From: Candidatus Heimdallarchaeota archaeon B3_Heim
GTDB taxonomy: Archaea > Asgardarchaeota > Heimdallarchaeia > Hodarchaeales > Hodarchaeaceae
Length of the DNA stretch: 32,000 nucleotides
NCBI GenBank assembly: GCA_003144275.1
Contig: NJBF01000006.1
Coordinates: 30,001 to 62,000 of the forward strand
Direction of reading: 5' to 3'
Below the pieces are notes generated by a model. That model made no database searches and was not told the origin of the DNA. It worked only from the letters and a program-made list of their open reading frames with translations. Of this stretch, positions 19,074 through 27,605 are shown in pieces. Each line of letters starts with the position of its first letter. Position 1 is the first letter of the stretch. The position numbers and the translations under genes were made by a program.

Positions 19074-20252
19074 GTGATATTTTTGCCAGGTTTGAACGTA
19101 AATTTTGCTGGTGTCGAGTTTGAGAATCCATTTCTACTGTCCTCTGCACCACCAACGAAAGATGGAACTCAAATTAAAAGAGCTATCGAATTGGGTTGGG
19201 GTGGTGCGGTAACAAAGTCATTACTCCTAGTTCCAGATAAAAATACGAGACCTAGATTAGGATTTCTGAAGTTAGGCAAACGGATGATAGGAATGAGTAA
19301 TATTGAAATGGCTACAGAATTGTCTCTAGAACGATGGAAGAAGGAAATAGTTATCGCTAAAACACCTGGTGCTCCGATTATAGGATCTATCATGACAGAT
19401 TCAGATCCAGAAAACTGGGTAAAGCTGACAAAAATAGTTGAAGAAACTGGAGTTGATATGCTTGAATTAAATGTTTCTTGTCCCCATATGTCTCCTGAAA
19501 AACATATGGGCGCCTTAATAGGACAAGATTCAGCATTAATTACTTTAATAACTAAAAATGTTAAAGAAAATTGCTCAATTCCCGTCATTGTAAAATTAAC
19601 CCCCAATGTAACTAGTATCCCAGACATGACAATTGCTGCAAAAACTGGTGGTGCAGACGCTATTTCAGCTATCAATACTGTACTATCTCTAATCGGAGTG
19701 GATATTGAGACAGGAATACCCAATCCAAGTTCCCAAGGAAAATCCACTTTTGGAGGTTATTCAGGACCTGGTGTAAGACCCATTGCTCTGAGAGTTGTCG
19801 CAGAAATCGCACAAACAACTAATTTACCAATATCAGGAATAGGAGGCGTTGATAGTTGGAAATCAGCTATTGAGTTCATAATGGTTGGAGCAACAACAGT
19901 ACAAGTATGCACCGCAATCATGTGGAGAGGTTATAAAATTGTTGAGAATTGGAAAAAGGGATTACAGAGTTTCATGGAAAGAAAAGGTTATCGTTCTTTA
20001 AATGAATTTACAGGTAAATCTTTGCAATTTCTCCATCCTTTTTCAGATTTTAAGACTGAACCGCCCATAAAAGCGAGAGTAACACATGCAGATAGCTGTA
20101 ACGGGTGTGGAATTTGTGTGACTTCTTGTGGAGATGGTGCTTATAATGCTATCACATTAGAAGATTCTGATGTAGCAATTGACGATCAAATTTGTGATGG
20201 ATGCGGTTTGTGTGTGAATGTTTGCCCTCAAAATGTTATGACTATGGGTTGA
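19074..20252 (+). CDS. preA: Dihydropyrimidine dehydrogenase FMN/Fe-S subunit PreA
   Basis: NPFLLSSAP, GWGGAVTKS, ELNVSCPH, VKLTPN, FGGYSGPGVRP, two C-terminal [4Fe-4S] motifs CNGCGICVTSC and CDGCGLCVNVCP. The start may be the TTG at 19083. Confidence 0.93.
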   Translation: MIFLPGLNVNFAGVEFENPFLLSSAPPTKDGTQIKRAIELGWGGAVTKSLLLVPDKNTRPRLGFLKLGKRMIGMSNIEMATELSLERWKKEIVIAKTPGAPIIGSIMTDSDPENWVKLTKIVEETGVDMLELNVSCPHMSPEKHMGALIGQDSALITLITKNVKENCSIPVIVKLTPNVTSIPDMTIAAKTGGADAISAINTVLSLIGVDIETGIPNPSSQGKSTFGGYSGPGVRPIALRVVAEIAQTTNLPISGIGGVDSWKSAIEFIMVGATTVQVCTAIMWRGYKIVENWKKGLQSFMERKGYRSLNEFTGKSLQFLHPFSDFKTEPPIKARVTHADSCNGCGICVTSCGDGAYNAITLEDSDVAIDDQICDGCGLCVNVCPQNVMTMG

Positions 20253-20261
20253 TCTCTTGAT

Positions 20262-20300
20262 GAGAAAGAAAAAGCCATCTTTCTCTCACTTCTTTTTCTC
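20262..20300 (+). terminator. Probable terminator after preA (8-bp stem plus T-rich tail)
   Basis: GAGAAAGA (20262-69), 8-nt loop, TCTTTCTC (20278-85), followed by CTTCTTTTTCTC. Confidence 0.5.
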
Positions 20301-20409
20301 ATCCTTTGCTCCTCTTTTTCAATCAGAGTTGGTATTATTCAAAAATTAGTAGAGGTAGTTTTAATAGGAGATTTCACAATAGTTAATTCAAATAACAAGG
20401 TGGTTAAAT

Positions 20410-20904
20410 ATGCCTGAAAAAATTATTCAAGGTGAAAGTAAGCTTAAAGTGGGTGATGAAGCCCCAGATTTTGTTCTCCCAGCACAAGATGGGAAAAAAA
20501 TTCGTTTGTCAGATTATCGTGGAAAAAAGAATGTAATGTTAGCATTCTATCCTCAAGATTTTACTCCTGTATGTTCACATCAGCTTCCTTCTTATAGTAA
20601 ACAAATCAATAAGTTTGAGGAATTGAATACTCAAGTATTAGCCATTGGAGTGGCCTCAATTCCAGTCCACATTGCATGGATTGATTCTTTAGGAGGATTA
20701 AACTACCCATTATTGGCAGATTGGGTACCCGCAGGAGATGTAAGCAAAAAATATGATGCATTTATTCCAAAAATCGGATTTGGTAAAAGGGCGATCTTCA
20801 TCATTGATAAAGAAGGAATAATTCAGTATATTGATATTCCCCACGAGCTAAATGAAGGGCCCCCAGATGAAGCAAAGATCTTTGTTGCGTTAAAAAACCT
20901 TTAA
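20410..20904 (+). CDS. 1-Cys peroxiredoxin (AhpE/AhpC-TSA family)
   Basis: [17 protein letters not shown] (peroxidatic Cys, the only Cys), [15 protein letters not shown] ribosome-binding site. Confidence 0.92.
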   Translation: MPEKIIQGESKLKVGDEAPDFVLPAQDGKKIRLSDYRGKKNVMLAFYPQDFTPVCSHQLPSYSKQINKFEELNTQVLAIGVASIPVHIAWIDSLGGLNYPLLADWVPAGDVSKKYDAFIPKIGFGKRAIFIIDKEGIIQYIDIPHELNEGPPDEAKIFVALKNL

Positions 20905-20975
20905 AGCTAAGAATTTTTCCCTTCTTCTTTTTTCTGTTTTATTATAGCTGTTTTATTTGTGTGAAACTGCCCGTC

Positions 20976-22328
20976 TTAGAGTGGAACGACTCTTGGTGTT
21001 AAATCCAATCTATCCCATAATTTGATAGCCGAATCTTTCGATTGTTGACTGACTTGACTAGCATCAAGGGAAGTATGGATACCATTTTTAACTATCGTTT
21101 TCCCATTCACGACTACTCGCTTGATATCTCTTCGTGAAAACGAACCGTATACCATATGTCCGTACACATTTCCTTCGTGTATGGGGGTAGGTAAAGCAGA
21201 GGTATCTAAAATGACAAAATCTCCTTTTTTACCCACTTCAATTGATCCAATTTGATCCTTTAACCCTATTGCCTGTGCAGCATTAATCGTGATCATTTGA
21301 ACTACCTGTAAGGGTGTGGGAACCTGACTCGGATTTAGGTGATTCAACTTATGCATAAGATAGGCTGTTCGCATATTCTCAATTGCATCGTAAATGAATC
21401 CATCATTCCCTACACCGATGTTTATCCCCTTTTCCAGCATCTCAGGTAATTGAGCAACACCAACCGCGTTAAGTTCATTACTCTTCGGATTATGGGCAAC
21501 ATTTGTATTTGTTTCAGCAATTAGGTCAATTTCACGTTGATTAATATGTACAGCATGAGCGAGAGCTGTTCTTGATCCAAGGAATCCTTCATCATATAGC
21601 CGCTCTACTGTACGTTTTCCATATCTCTCAAGATTGTGTTGAAGGTCAACGAGTCCTTCAGAAGTATGAATTGTCCTAAAAGAATTTGTCTTATCAGCAT
21701 ATTCAACCGTTTTATGCATCAATTCATCTGATACTGTGAAAGATGCGTGCAAACAATAAATACCATAAACAAGCGTTTTTTCAGGATTATTTTGAGAGAT
21801 GAATCTGCGATTTTCCTCTAATCCTCTTCTCCCTTCTTCTTGAGATCGTCGTTCAGTTTGTTCAAAACAAACTGCTCCTCGTGTGCCAACGTCTTGTGTG
21901 GCTTTACTGATTCGATCAAGTGATCCTTCAATAGCATTTGGGCCAGAATAAGTATCTAAGTAAGCAGTAACTCCATTTAATGCTAATTCATATACTGCAT
22001 ACAATGTAGATGTATAAGCATCTTCTAATGTGAGAGCTTCATCCATGGGCCACCAAATTCGTTGTAAATTCTGAGTAAAATCGGTAGGGGGTAAAATGTT
22101 CATTGGTGCGCCCCTAAGTAACGCTGAATACAAGTGTGTATGAGCACAGATAAATCCAGGAAAAATCACCTGATTTTTACAGTCTAATATCTCATCAGCT
22201 TTTTCTTTGATCTCTTTGTCAATTCTGACGATTTCTCCTCCCTCAACTAATACATCCATGGGTAATTTTATTTCGTTATCTGCATTCATGGTTACAACTA
22301 AACCATTTTTTAGTAATAGACTTTCCAT
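20976..22328 (-). CDS. ssnA: SsnA-like metal-dependent amidohydrolase (nucleobase-ring hydrolase/deaminase family)
   Basis: FPGFICAHTHLYS, DFTQNLQRIWWPMDEAL, LHASFTV, IHTSE, HNPKSN, GNDG. Start re-set to ATG 22328, which has GGAG upstream. Confidence 0.75.
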   Translation of the reverse strand: MESLLLKNGLVVTMNADNEIKLPMDVLVEGGEIVRIDKEIKEKADEILDCKNQVIFPGFICAHTHLYSALLRGAPMNILPPTDFTQNLQRIWWPMDEALTLEDAYTSTLYAVYELALNGVTAYLDTYSGPNAIEGSLDRISKATQDVGTRGAVCFEQTERRSQEEGRRGLEENRRFISQNNPEKTLVYGIYCLHASFTVSDELMHKTVEYADKTNSFRTIHTSEGLVDLQHNLERYGKRTVERLYDEGFLGSRTALAHAVHINQREIDLIAETNTNVAHNPKSNELNAVGVAQLPEMLEKGINIGVGNDGFIYDAIENMRTAYLMHKLNHLNPSQVPTPLQVVQMITINAAQAIGLKDQIGSIEVGKKGDFVILDTSALPTPIHEGNVYGHMVYGSFSRRDIKRVVVNGKTIVKNGIHTSLDASQVSQQSKDSAIKLWDRLDLTPRVVPL

Positions 22329-22649
22329 CTTTATATCTCCGCAAAATATTTGTTTGGAATTATCCACATCGAATTTCTTACTATGCTTTGCGATATGAGG
22401 GTTAAAAGAATTAAACATTGTGGAGAAAAGATTCATCGAAAAATCAAAGAAAATTTCTTATTTGGTGCAATAATTCATCATTCATGCTCCTGAGAGTATT
22501 CATTGAAGGATTTTTCAGAATGTATTTTTATAAGGTATCTCACGTTCTCTCAAAGGATAGGAGATATAAAGGTAATATTGTGATGAATGATACATTGTCG
22601 AACAAGAATTACGATTGAAATAAATGATTAAATGTTATGAGGACATATT

Positions 22650-24095
22650 ATGATAAAAATTAGACATTTCGCTCTACTTCTTTCTTTCACATTAGCCTTT
22701 TCTTTCCTATTTCTAATGGTTGAAGGAAAGGAAACAACTTATGGAACTAATTTCAGATTTTCAAATGAATTTTCATCTCAAGACGCTTTCAAATCATTAA
22801 ATCAGATCTATTCAAGTTACCCGAGTCATACTGATATTCCCAAAGCAAATTTTACGGGTACATATAATGTAACACTGTTTGTCAATCCCGATAATGCTGA
22901 AGAGGTTATTTTTCGTTATCTGTCAAGTGCTCAATCGTCAGTATTTGTATCCATGTATACTATCAGCAGACCTGATTTTAATCAAACACTTATTGACTTG
23001 AAAACTTCAAATCCCTCAATTAATATTAGTGTATTAATCTCAGATCGAAGAGTTGGTAGTACTGAGAACAGGGATACCGCAGCAGCTGCTCAATCTCTTG
23101 TTGATACTGGAATACCCGTTTTTTCCTCAACTACAGACGATGACAAAGTTGATGGGTTTTATCATGCAAAATATTGGATTATCGACGGAAAGCACGTCTT
23201 TGTATATTCGGGAAATTGGAGTCCCCGCAGTGTTACACCTTATGAGGAAACATTCAGTTCTTCAGAAGGGAATCGAGATATGGGAATCGCGGTGCATGAT
23301 GCTCCAGACATTGCTCAGTTTTTTAAAAATGAAGTATGGGAAAAAGATGTTGCGGTTGCAAATGTTTGGTCAACAACAGCGATCAAAGCCAGTTTAAATA
23401 AATTTAATTCTTCTAAAGTTTCACTAAAGATTAATTCTCCCCAACTTTACTCTCCAATTTTTAATTCAACCAATATTATGGGAGAGATGACATTATCTCC
23501 GATGTTTACTCCTGATAATGCATTAGATATTCACAAAGCATGGATAGATAGTGCTACATCTACCATTGAGATTCAAAATCAATATATTACCCAATTTGAT
23601 GATAATGTACCTTGGGATGATGATCCTTCTCCCCTGGTTCGTTCCCTAGTAAATGCTCATAATAGAGGCGTTCAGATTCGTATCCAGGTGAACGAGGACA
23701 GTGATTCAGATGATATTTCAGAATATCTTGCCAATAAAGGTATTGAGGTAAAATGGATGGGTAATTCATCTAGTAGCACTGATGGGTGGTTATCAGATAC
23801 CCACAATAAACTGCTCATAATTGATGGAGAGGCGACTTTACTCTCATCTATAAATTTTGGTGAAAATGGTTTCACAAATAATCGTGAAGCAGGAATGGTA
23901 ATCCAAAATACAAATGTAGCGAATTATTACTTATCAATATTTGATGCAGATTGGATAGATGGAGAAATTCCTCCCTATGTTGTCATTACAGATACTACAA
24001 CAACAACCGAAGAGCCGATTACTTCTCCCTATTCTTGGATTGCAGTTTTAATTTCATTTTTCTCAATTAAAATCATTCGGAGGCAAAAAAAATAG
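22650..24095 (+). CDS. Secreted, C-terminally anchored phospholipase D superfamily protein
   Basis: Two HKD motifs (YHAKYWIIDG...SGN; THNKLLIIDG...SSIN). N-terminal hydrophobic signal; C-terminal TTTTT linker, hydrophobic helix and RRQKK. Confidence 0.9.
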   Translation: MIKIRHFALLLSFTLAFSFLFLMVEGKETTYGTNFRFSNEFSSQDAFKSLNQIYSSYPSHTDIPKANFTGTYNVTLFVNPDNAEEVIFRYLSSAQSSVFVSMYTISRPDFNQTLIDLKTSNPSINISVLISDRRVGSTENRDTAAAAQSLVDTGIPVFSSTTDDDKVDGFYHAKYWIIDGKHVFVYSGNWSPRSVTPYEETFSSSEGNRDMGIAVHDAPDIAQFFKNEVWEKDVAVANVWSTTAIKASLNKFNSSKVSLKINSPQLYSPIFNSTNIMGEMTLSPMFTPDNALDIHKAWIDSATSTIEIQNQYITQFDDNVPWDDDPSPLVRSLVNAHNRGVQIRIQVNEDSDSDDISEYLANKGIEVKWMGNSSSSTDGWLSDTHNKLLIIDGEATLLSSINFGENGFTNNREAGMVIQNTNVANYYLSIFDADWIDGEIPPYVVITDTTTTTEEPITSPYSWIAVLISFFSIKIIRRQKK

Positions 24096-24142
24096 CCAAT
24101 GCAAAGTTTAAACTGTCTACTTGGGATAAAGGAGAACTATTC

Positions 24143-24331
24143 ATGCAGGAACTGGCATCTAATCTAGATAGTCCTATAGAAACGCGCGATGCAAAACAAG
24201 TGATCGATTTACCTAAAGGAAAAATAACTTTTCACCCCGATGATCGAGGTTTTGCCTTTATTACTGCTAAAGGTGTTGAAGAAAAGACCATCGAAGTAAT
24301 AGACAGAATTAAGGAAAGATTCCTTGATTAA
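24143..24331 (+). CDS. Small hypothetical protein (62 aa)
   Basis: AAGGAG ribosome-binding site 8 nt before ATG; protein-like composition; followed by a convergent terminator region. Confidence 0.6.
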   Translation: MQELASNLDSPIETRDAKQVIDLPKGKITFHPDDRGFAFITAKGVEEKTIEVIDRIKERFLD

Positions 24332-24349
24332 GAGGTCTCCCCTGATTAT

Positions 24350-24388
24350 AAAAAAAAGAAAAAAACAGATGAAATAAGCAGCTTATTT
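24350..24388 (-). terminator. Histone gene 3' hairpin plus oligo-T terminator
   Basis: AAATAAGC-A-GCTTATTT (24372-24388) spans the stop codon, then a T-rich run on the minus strand (A-tract 24350-24365). Confidence 0.55.
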
Positions 24389-24586
24389 ATCAGCCGCTAA
24401 TTTAACATCGTTTTCTTTAACAGTTTTTCGACCAGAGTGTCGAGCAATTTCAACTGCGTATTTAGCTAAATCCATACTGTATTCAGTAAGGACCTCATTT
24501 AGTCTGCTGATAGCTTTCGCGGAAACACGACGAGCACCAGCTGTACGAATTAATTTTTCAATTCTTGCGCTAGCAAATCCTGCCAT
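24383..24586 (-). CDS. Archaeal histone (HMf-type, 67 aa, tail-less)
   Basis: IEKLIRTAGARRVS...IARHSGRKTVKENDVKLA matches HMfB (AGA glycine, RVS, H-x-GRKT, D...L). GGTGA ribosome-binding site 7 nt before ATG 24586. Confidence 0.96.
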   Translation of the reverse strand: MAGFASARIEKLIRTAGARRVSAKAISRLNEVLTEYSMDLAKYAVEIARHSGRKTVKENDVKLAADK

Positions 24587-24658
24587 TTTTATTTCACCTT
24601 TTCTCAATAAAATATTCTTGTTCTACTTTTGCAGAACAAGCTAGCTCCCAAAAACTTA

Positions 24659-24674
24659 CTATTAAATATCTTTC
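24659..24674 (-). promoter_or_regulatory. Probable BRE/TATA promoter of the histone gene
   Basis: Minus strand reads GAAAGATA TTTAATAG, about 75 nt upstream of the ATG. Confidence 0.45.
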
Positions 24675-24844
24675 TCTTTCATTGCTCAAATACCTCACAA
24701 TTTTGTTCCCACTCTAGAATCGACCTCAGTGAAAGTTCAAATTTCGTCATGCAAACTTGAGTTGAGAATCACTTGAAGTATACCTCTGATCGAAGATAAT
24801 TATTTTTACATTCATGACCGATGTTGATTAATAGACACAAATTA

Positions 24845-25384
24845 TCAGTTTTTCGTCCAATGACTCTTTTTTATGAAAATCTGGCAGATTAGCGTGAAGT
24901 TCTCATCTTTTCCAAATGAAAACCATGTGGGTTTATCCTGATTAGTTATAAACCTCCCAATCACCTTTGAAATAGGATAATTCAGGCGTTGGTCAAATCT
25001 CAGATATTTTACACTCCTTCCCGTTAATATTTTTTCCATTGCCTTGATTTTTGTATGATAAAAGGATTTTACCGTGATGTGCTCTTCAGTAAACAGTTCA
25101 AATCCCCTCAGAATCACCGCATTTTTAAAGGCATAACCATCATCAAATCCCATCCCCTCGAAAATAGGATGAGCGTTCATCTGTTCTGCAGTATTTGTTT
25201 CGGTAAATAATTGTGATTGAGAGATGTATGGATAAAAATTTACTAATATTCCTCGTGGAATCAACACTCGCCATGCTTCACCTAATCCCCAGATCATTTG
25301 ATCTACAGAGGGAAGACAGCAAAGAGAATAATTAAAGAACACAATATGAGTGGTTTGAGATTCGAGAGGTATTCTCTCACCCAT
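24845..25384 (-). CDS. Methyltransferase-like protein lacking the N-terminal SAM-binding motif I (possibly a truncated gene)
   Basis: GERIPLESQTTHIVFFNYSL...LGEAWRVLIPRGILV resembles the C-terminal half of class I MTases. ATG 25384 has GGAGG 7 nt upstream. An in-frame stop lies upstream and no GxGxG motif was found in neighbouring frames. Confidence 0.55.
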   Translation of the reverse strand: MGERIPLESQTTHIVFFNYSLCCLPSVDQMIWGLGEAWRVLIPRGILVNFYPYISQSQLFTETNTAEQMNAHPIFEGMGFDDGYAFKNAVILRGFELFTEEHITVKSFYHTKIKAMEKILTGRSVKYLRFDQRLNYPISKVIGRFITNQDKPTWFSFGKDENFTLICQIFIKKSHWTKN

Positions 25385-25941
25385 TGTGCATCCTCCAATG
25401 AGGCCGAAGTGCAGTTTTATCACGCCCCTAAGGTTTCTTATTCTGGGTACTCTATGAGTAAGAGTTAATAAGTTGAACTAAAGAAATTATTCTTATTGTC
25501 GGATTTTCAACCTAGTAGCGTTCTTAAAATTCTGAATTGGTAAAAATGTATAGTTCTGGCATTTATTTATTTCATCGGTGCAATTTTTTTTAATTATAAT
25601 AAACCAAAGAAAATACTCCAGATCAGGAATAAAACGTTCATTTTTCTAGGATTAGACCTTAAAAAATGATAAAGCATAAGAATAACGTTATGGACGATTA
25701 TGAAATCATAATTAAGTGAAAACGGTCAGGATGAGGTTAACACGGCTGAAAATTATTACAAAAAAATACATATATTTCACAAATATCGTCCGGAAGCACA
25801 TAACAATAGATAAAAATTCGTTCAAAAATTGATACCCCGAGTGTTAAACTCCCCAAGAACTGTATAGTCACTAGTAATATTTCATTCTACTGAGAATGAC
25901 TATCAGTTTGTTGCATGATTCAATGTATGAGGTTATTTACT

Positions 25942-27594
25942 ATGCAACTAGGTGGACAACCGATAATAATCCTTAAAGAAGGAAGTGAGCGATCACGCGG
26001 CCGTGATGCTCAACGAAATAATATTCAGGCCGCCATAGCCGTGGCTGATGCAGTACGTAGTGCATTAGGTCCTCGAGGTATGGATAAGTTACTCGTTGAT
26101 TCGTTAGGTGACGTTGTTATTACTAATGATGGTGCTACGATTTTAGACGAGATTGATGTTCAACATCCTGCAGCCAAAATGCTTGTTCAGGTAGCTAAAG
26201 TTCAGGACCAGGAGGTTGGTGATGGTACCACGACTTCTGTCATTGTCGCTGGTGAATTGCTTAAACGCGCTGAAAAATTACTTGATCAGAAAATTCATCC
26301 CACTGTTATCATTGGTGGTTTCAAACTCGCCTCTGATAAATGTGCTTTGATTTTGAAAGAAATTGCTAACAAAGTTGAAGCCGATGACATAGATACTCTC
26401 AAAGCAATTGCTAGAACTTCTTTGAATTCTAAATCTGTGGGTGGTGCGAAAGAAATACTCTCAGACATGGCTGTTACCGCTACTAAAGCAGTGATGGAGG
26501 ATAATAAAGTTGATATAGATATGATCTCTATTATCCAGAAACAAGGTAAGAGCTTAACTGATTCTGAGCTCATTCAAGGCATTGTGATTGACAAAGAAGT
26601 AGTTAATAGTCGAATGCCTTCTTCTGTTGAAAATCCTTCGATTGCTCTAGTTGATGTCGCATTAGAAATCAAGAAGACAGAATTTGATGCGAAAATCCGC
26701 ATTACTGAAGCTTCTATGATGGATGCTTTTCTAGATCAGGAGCAAACCATGATTCAAGATATGGTTGATTTAATTCTTGCCTCTGGTGCGACTACTGTTA
26801 TGTGTCAGAAAGGTATTGATGATTTAGCCCAACACTTCCTGGCTAAAAAAGGCGTTTTAGCGGTTCGTCGAGTAAAAAAATCCGATATGGAAAAACTCGC
26901 TCGTGCTACAGGCGCTAAAGTAGTAACCAATCTCAAAGATCTATCTTCTGACGATTTAGGTTCAGCAGGAATTATTGAAGAAGTTCAAATTGGAGACGAA
27001 AAGCTCATCTACGTAAGAGACTGTCCTAATCCTAAATCAGTTTCCATTGTTCTTCGCGGTGGGACTAAATACGTCACTGATGAGGCTGAACGTGCATTAC
27101 ACGATGCTCTATGTGTTGTCAGGGATGTTTTAGAAGATACTTGGGCTGTTGCTGGTGCTGGAAGCCCTGAGATTGAACTTCATAAAGGTCTCAAGGAATT
27201 TGCAGGAACAGTGATAGGCCGTGAGCAAATGGCTGTCGATGCCTTCGCAGATGCTGTGGAGATCGTTCCCCGAACTCTGGCTGAGAATGCTGGTCTTGAT
27301 TCTATTGATGTTTTGGTCGAATTACGTGCTGCCCATGAAAAAGGCAATCCTAACATTGGTATCAATGTCGACACTGGGAAAACAGTGGATGCTTTCAAAG
27401 CTGGTATTATCGAACCTCTCCGTGTGAAACGCCAAGCACTTAGATCTGCTCGTGAAGCTGCTGAATTAATTCTTCGTATTGATGATGTCATTCAGAGCAA
27501 AAGTACGGGCGGTGGTGCACCAGGCGGTATGCCCCCAAATATGGGTGGTATGGGCGGAATGGGTGGTATGGGCGGTATGCCCCCAATGATGTAG
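25942..27594 (+). CDS. ths: Thermosome (group II chaperonin) subunit with GGM tail
   Basis: [50 protein letters not shown]-terminal [19 protein letters not shown] 25942 has a GAGGT site upstream. Confidence 0.98.
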   Translation: MQLGGQPIIILKEGSERSRGRDAQRNNIQAAIAVADAVRSALGPRGMDKLLVDSLGDVVITNDGATILDEIDVQHPAAKMLVQVAKVQDQEVGDGTTTSVIVAGELLKRAEKLLDQKIHPTVIIGGFKLASDKCALILKEIANKVEADDIDTLKAIARTSLNSKSVGGAKEILSDMAVTATKAVMEDNKVDIDMISIIQKQGKSLTDSELIQGIVIDKEVVNSRMPSSVENPSIALVDVALEIKKTEFDAKIRITEASMMDAFLDQEQTMIQDMVDLILASGATTVMCQKGIDDLAQHFLAKKGVLAVRRVKKSDMEKLARATGAKVVTNLKDLSSDDLGSAGIIEEVQIGDEKLIYVRDCPNPKSVSIVLRGGTKYVTDEAERALHDALCVVRDVLEDTWAVAGAGSPEIELHKGLKEFAGTVIGREQMAVDAFADAVEIVPRTLAENAGLDSIDVLVELRAAHEKGNPNIGINVDTGKTVDAFKAGIIEPLRVKRQALRSAREAAELILRIDDVIQSKSTGGGAPGGMPPNMGGMGGMGGMGGMPPMM

Positions 27595-27605
27595 GAGGAA
27601 AAAAA

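Noticed and set aside
19169-19747. 192-aa antisense ORF inside preA
   Set aside because: No motifs; it mirrors the sense codon pattern.
24587-24607. Apparent basic N-terminal histone tail MRKGEIK
   Set aside because: It comes from an upstream TTG, and the stretch contains the GGTGA ribosome-binding site 7 nt before the true ATG.
25697-25712. Palindrome ATTATGA-AA-TCATAAT upstream of the thermosome genes
   Set aside because: A single AT-rich occurrence with no second copy seen; insufficient support for an operator.
27511-27590. 9-bp tandem-like repeats (GGTGGTATG/GGCGGAATG)
   Set aside because: They simply encode the chaperonin GGM tail; not a CRISPR array or DNA repeat element.
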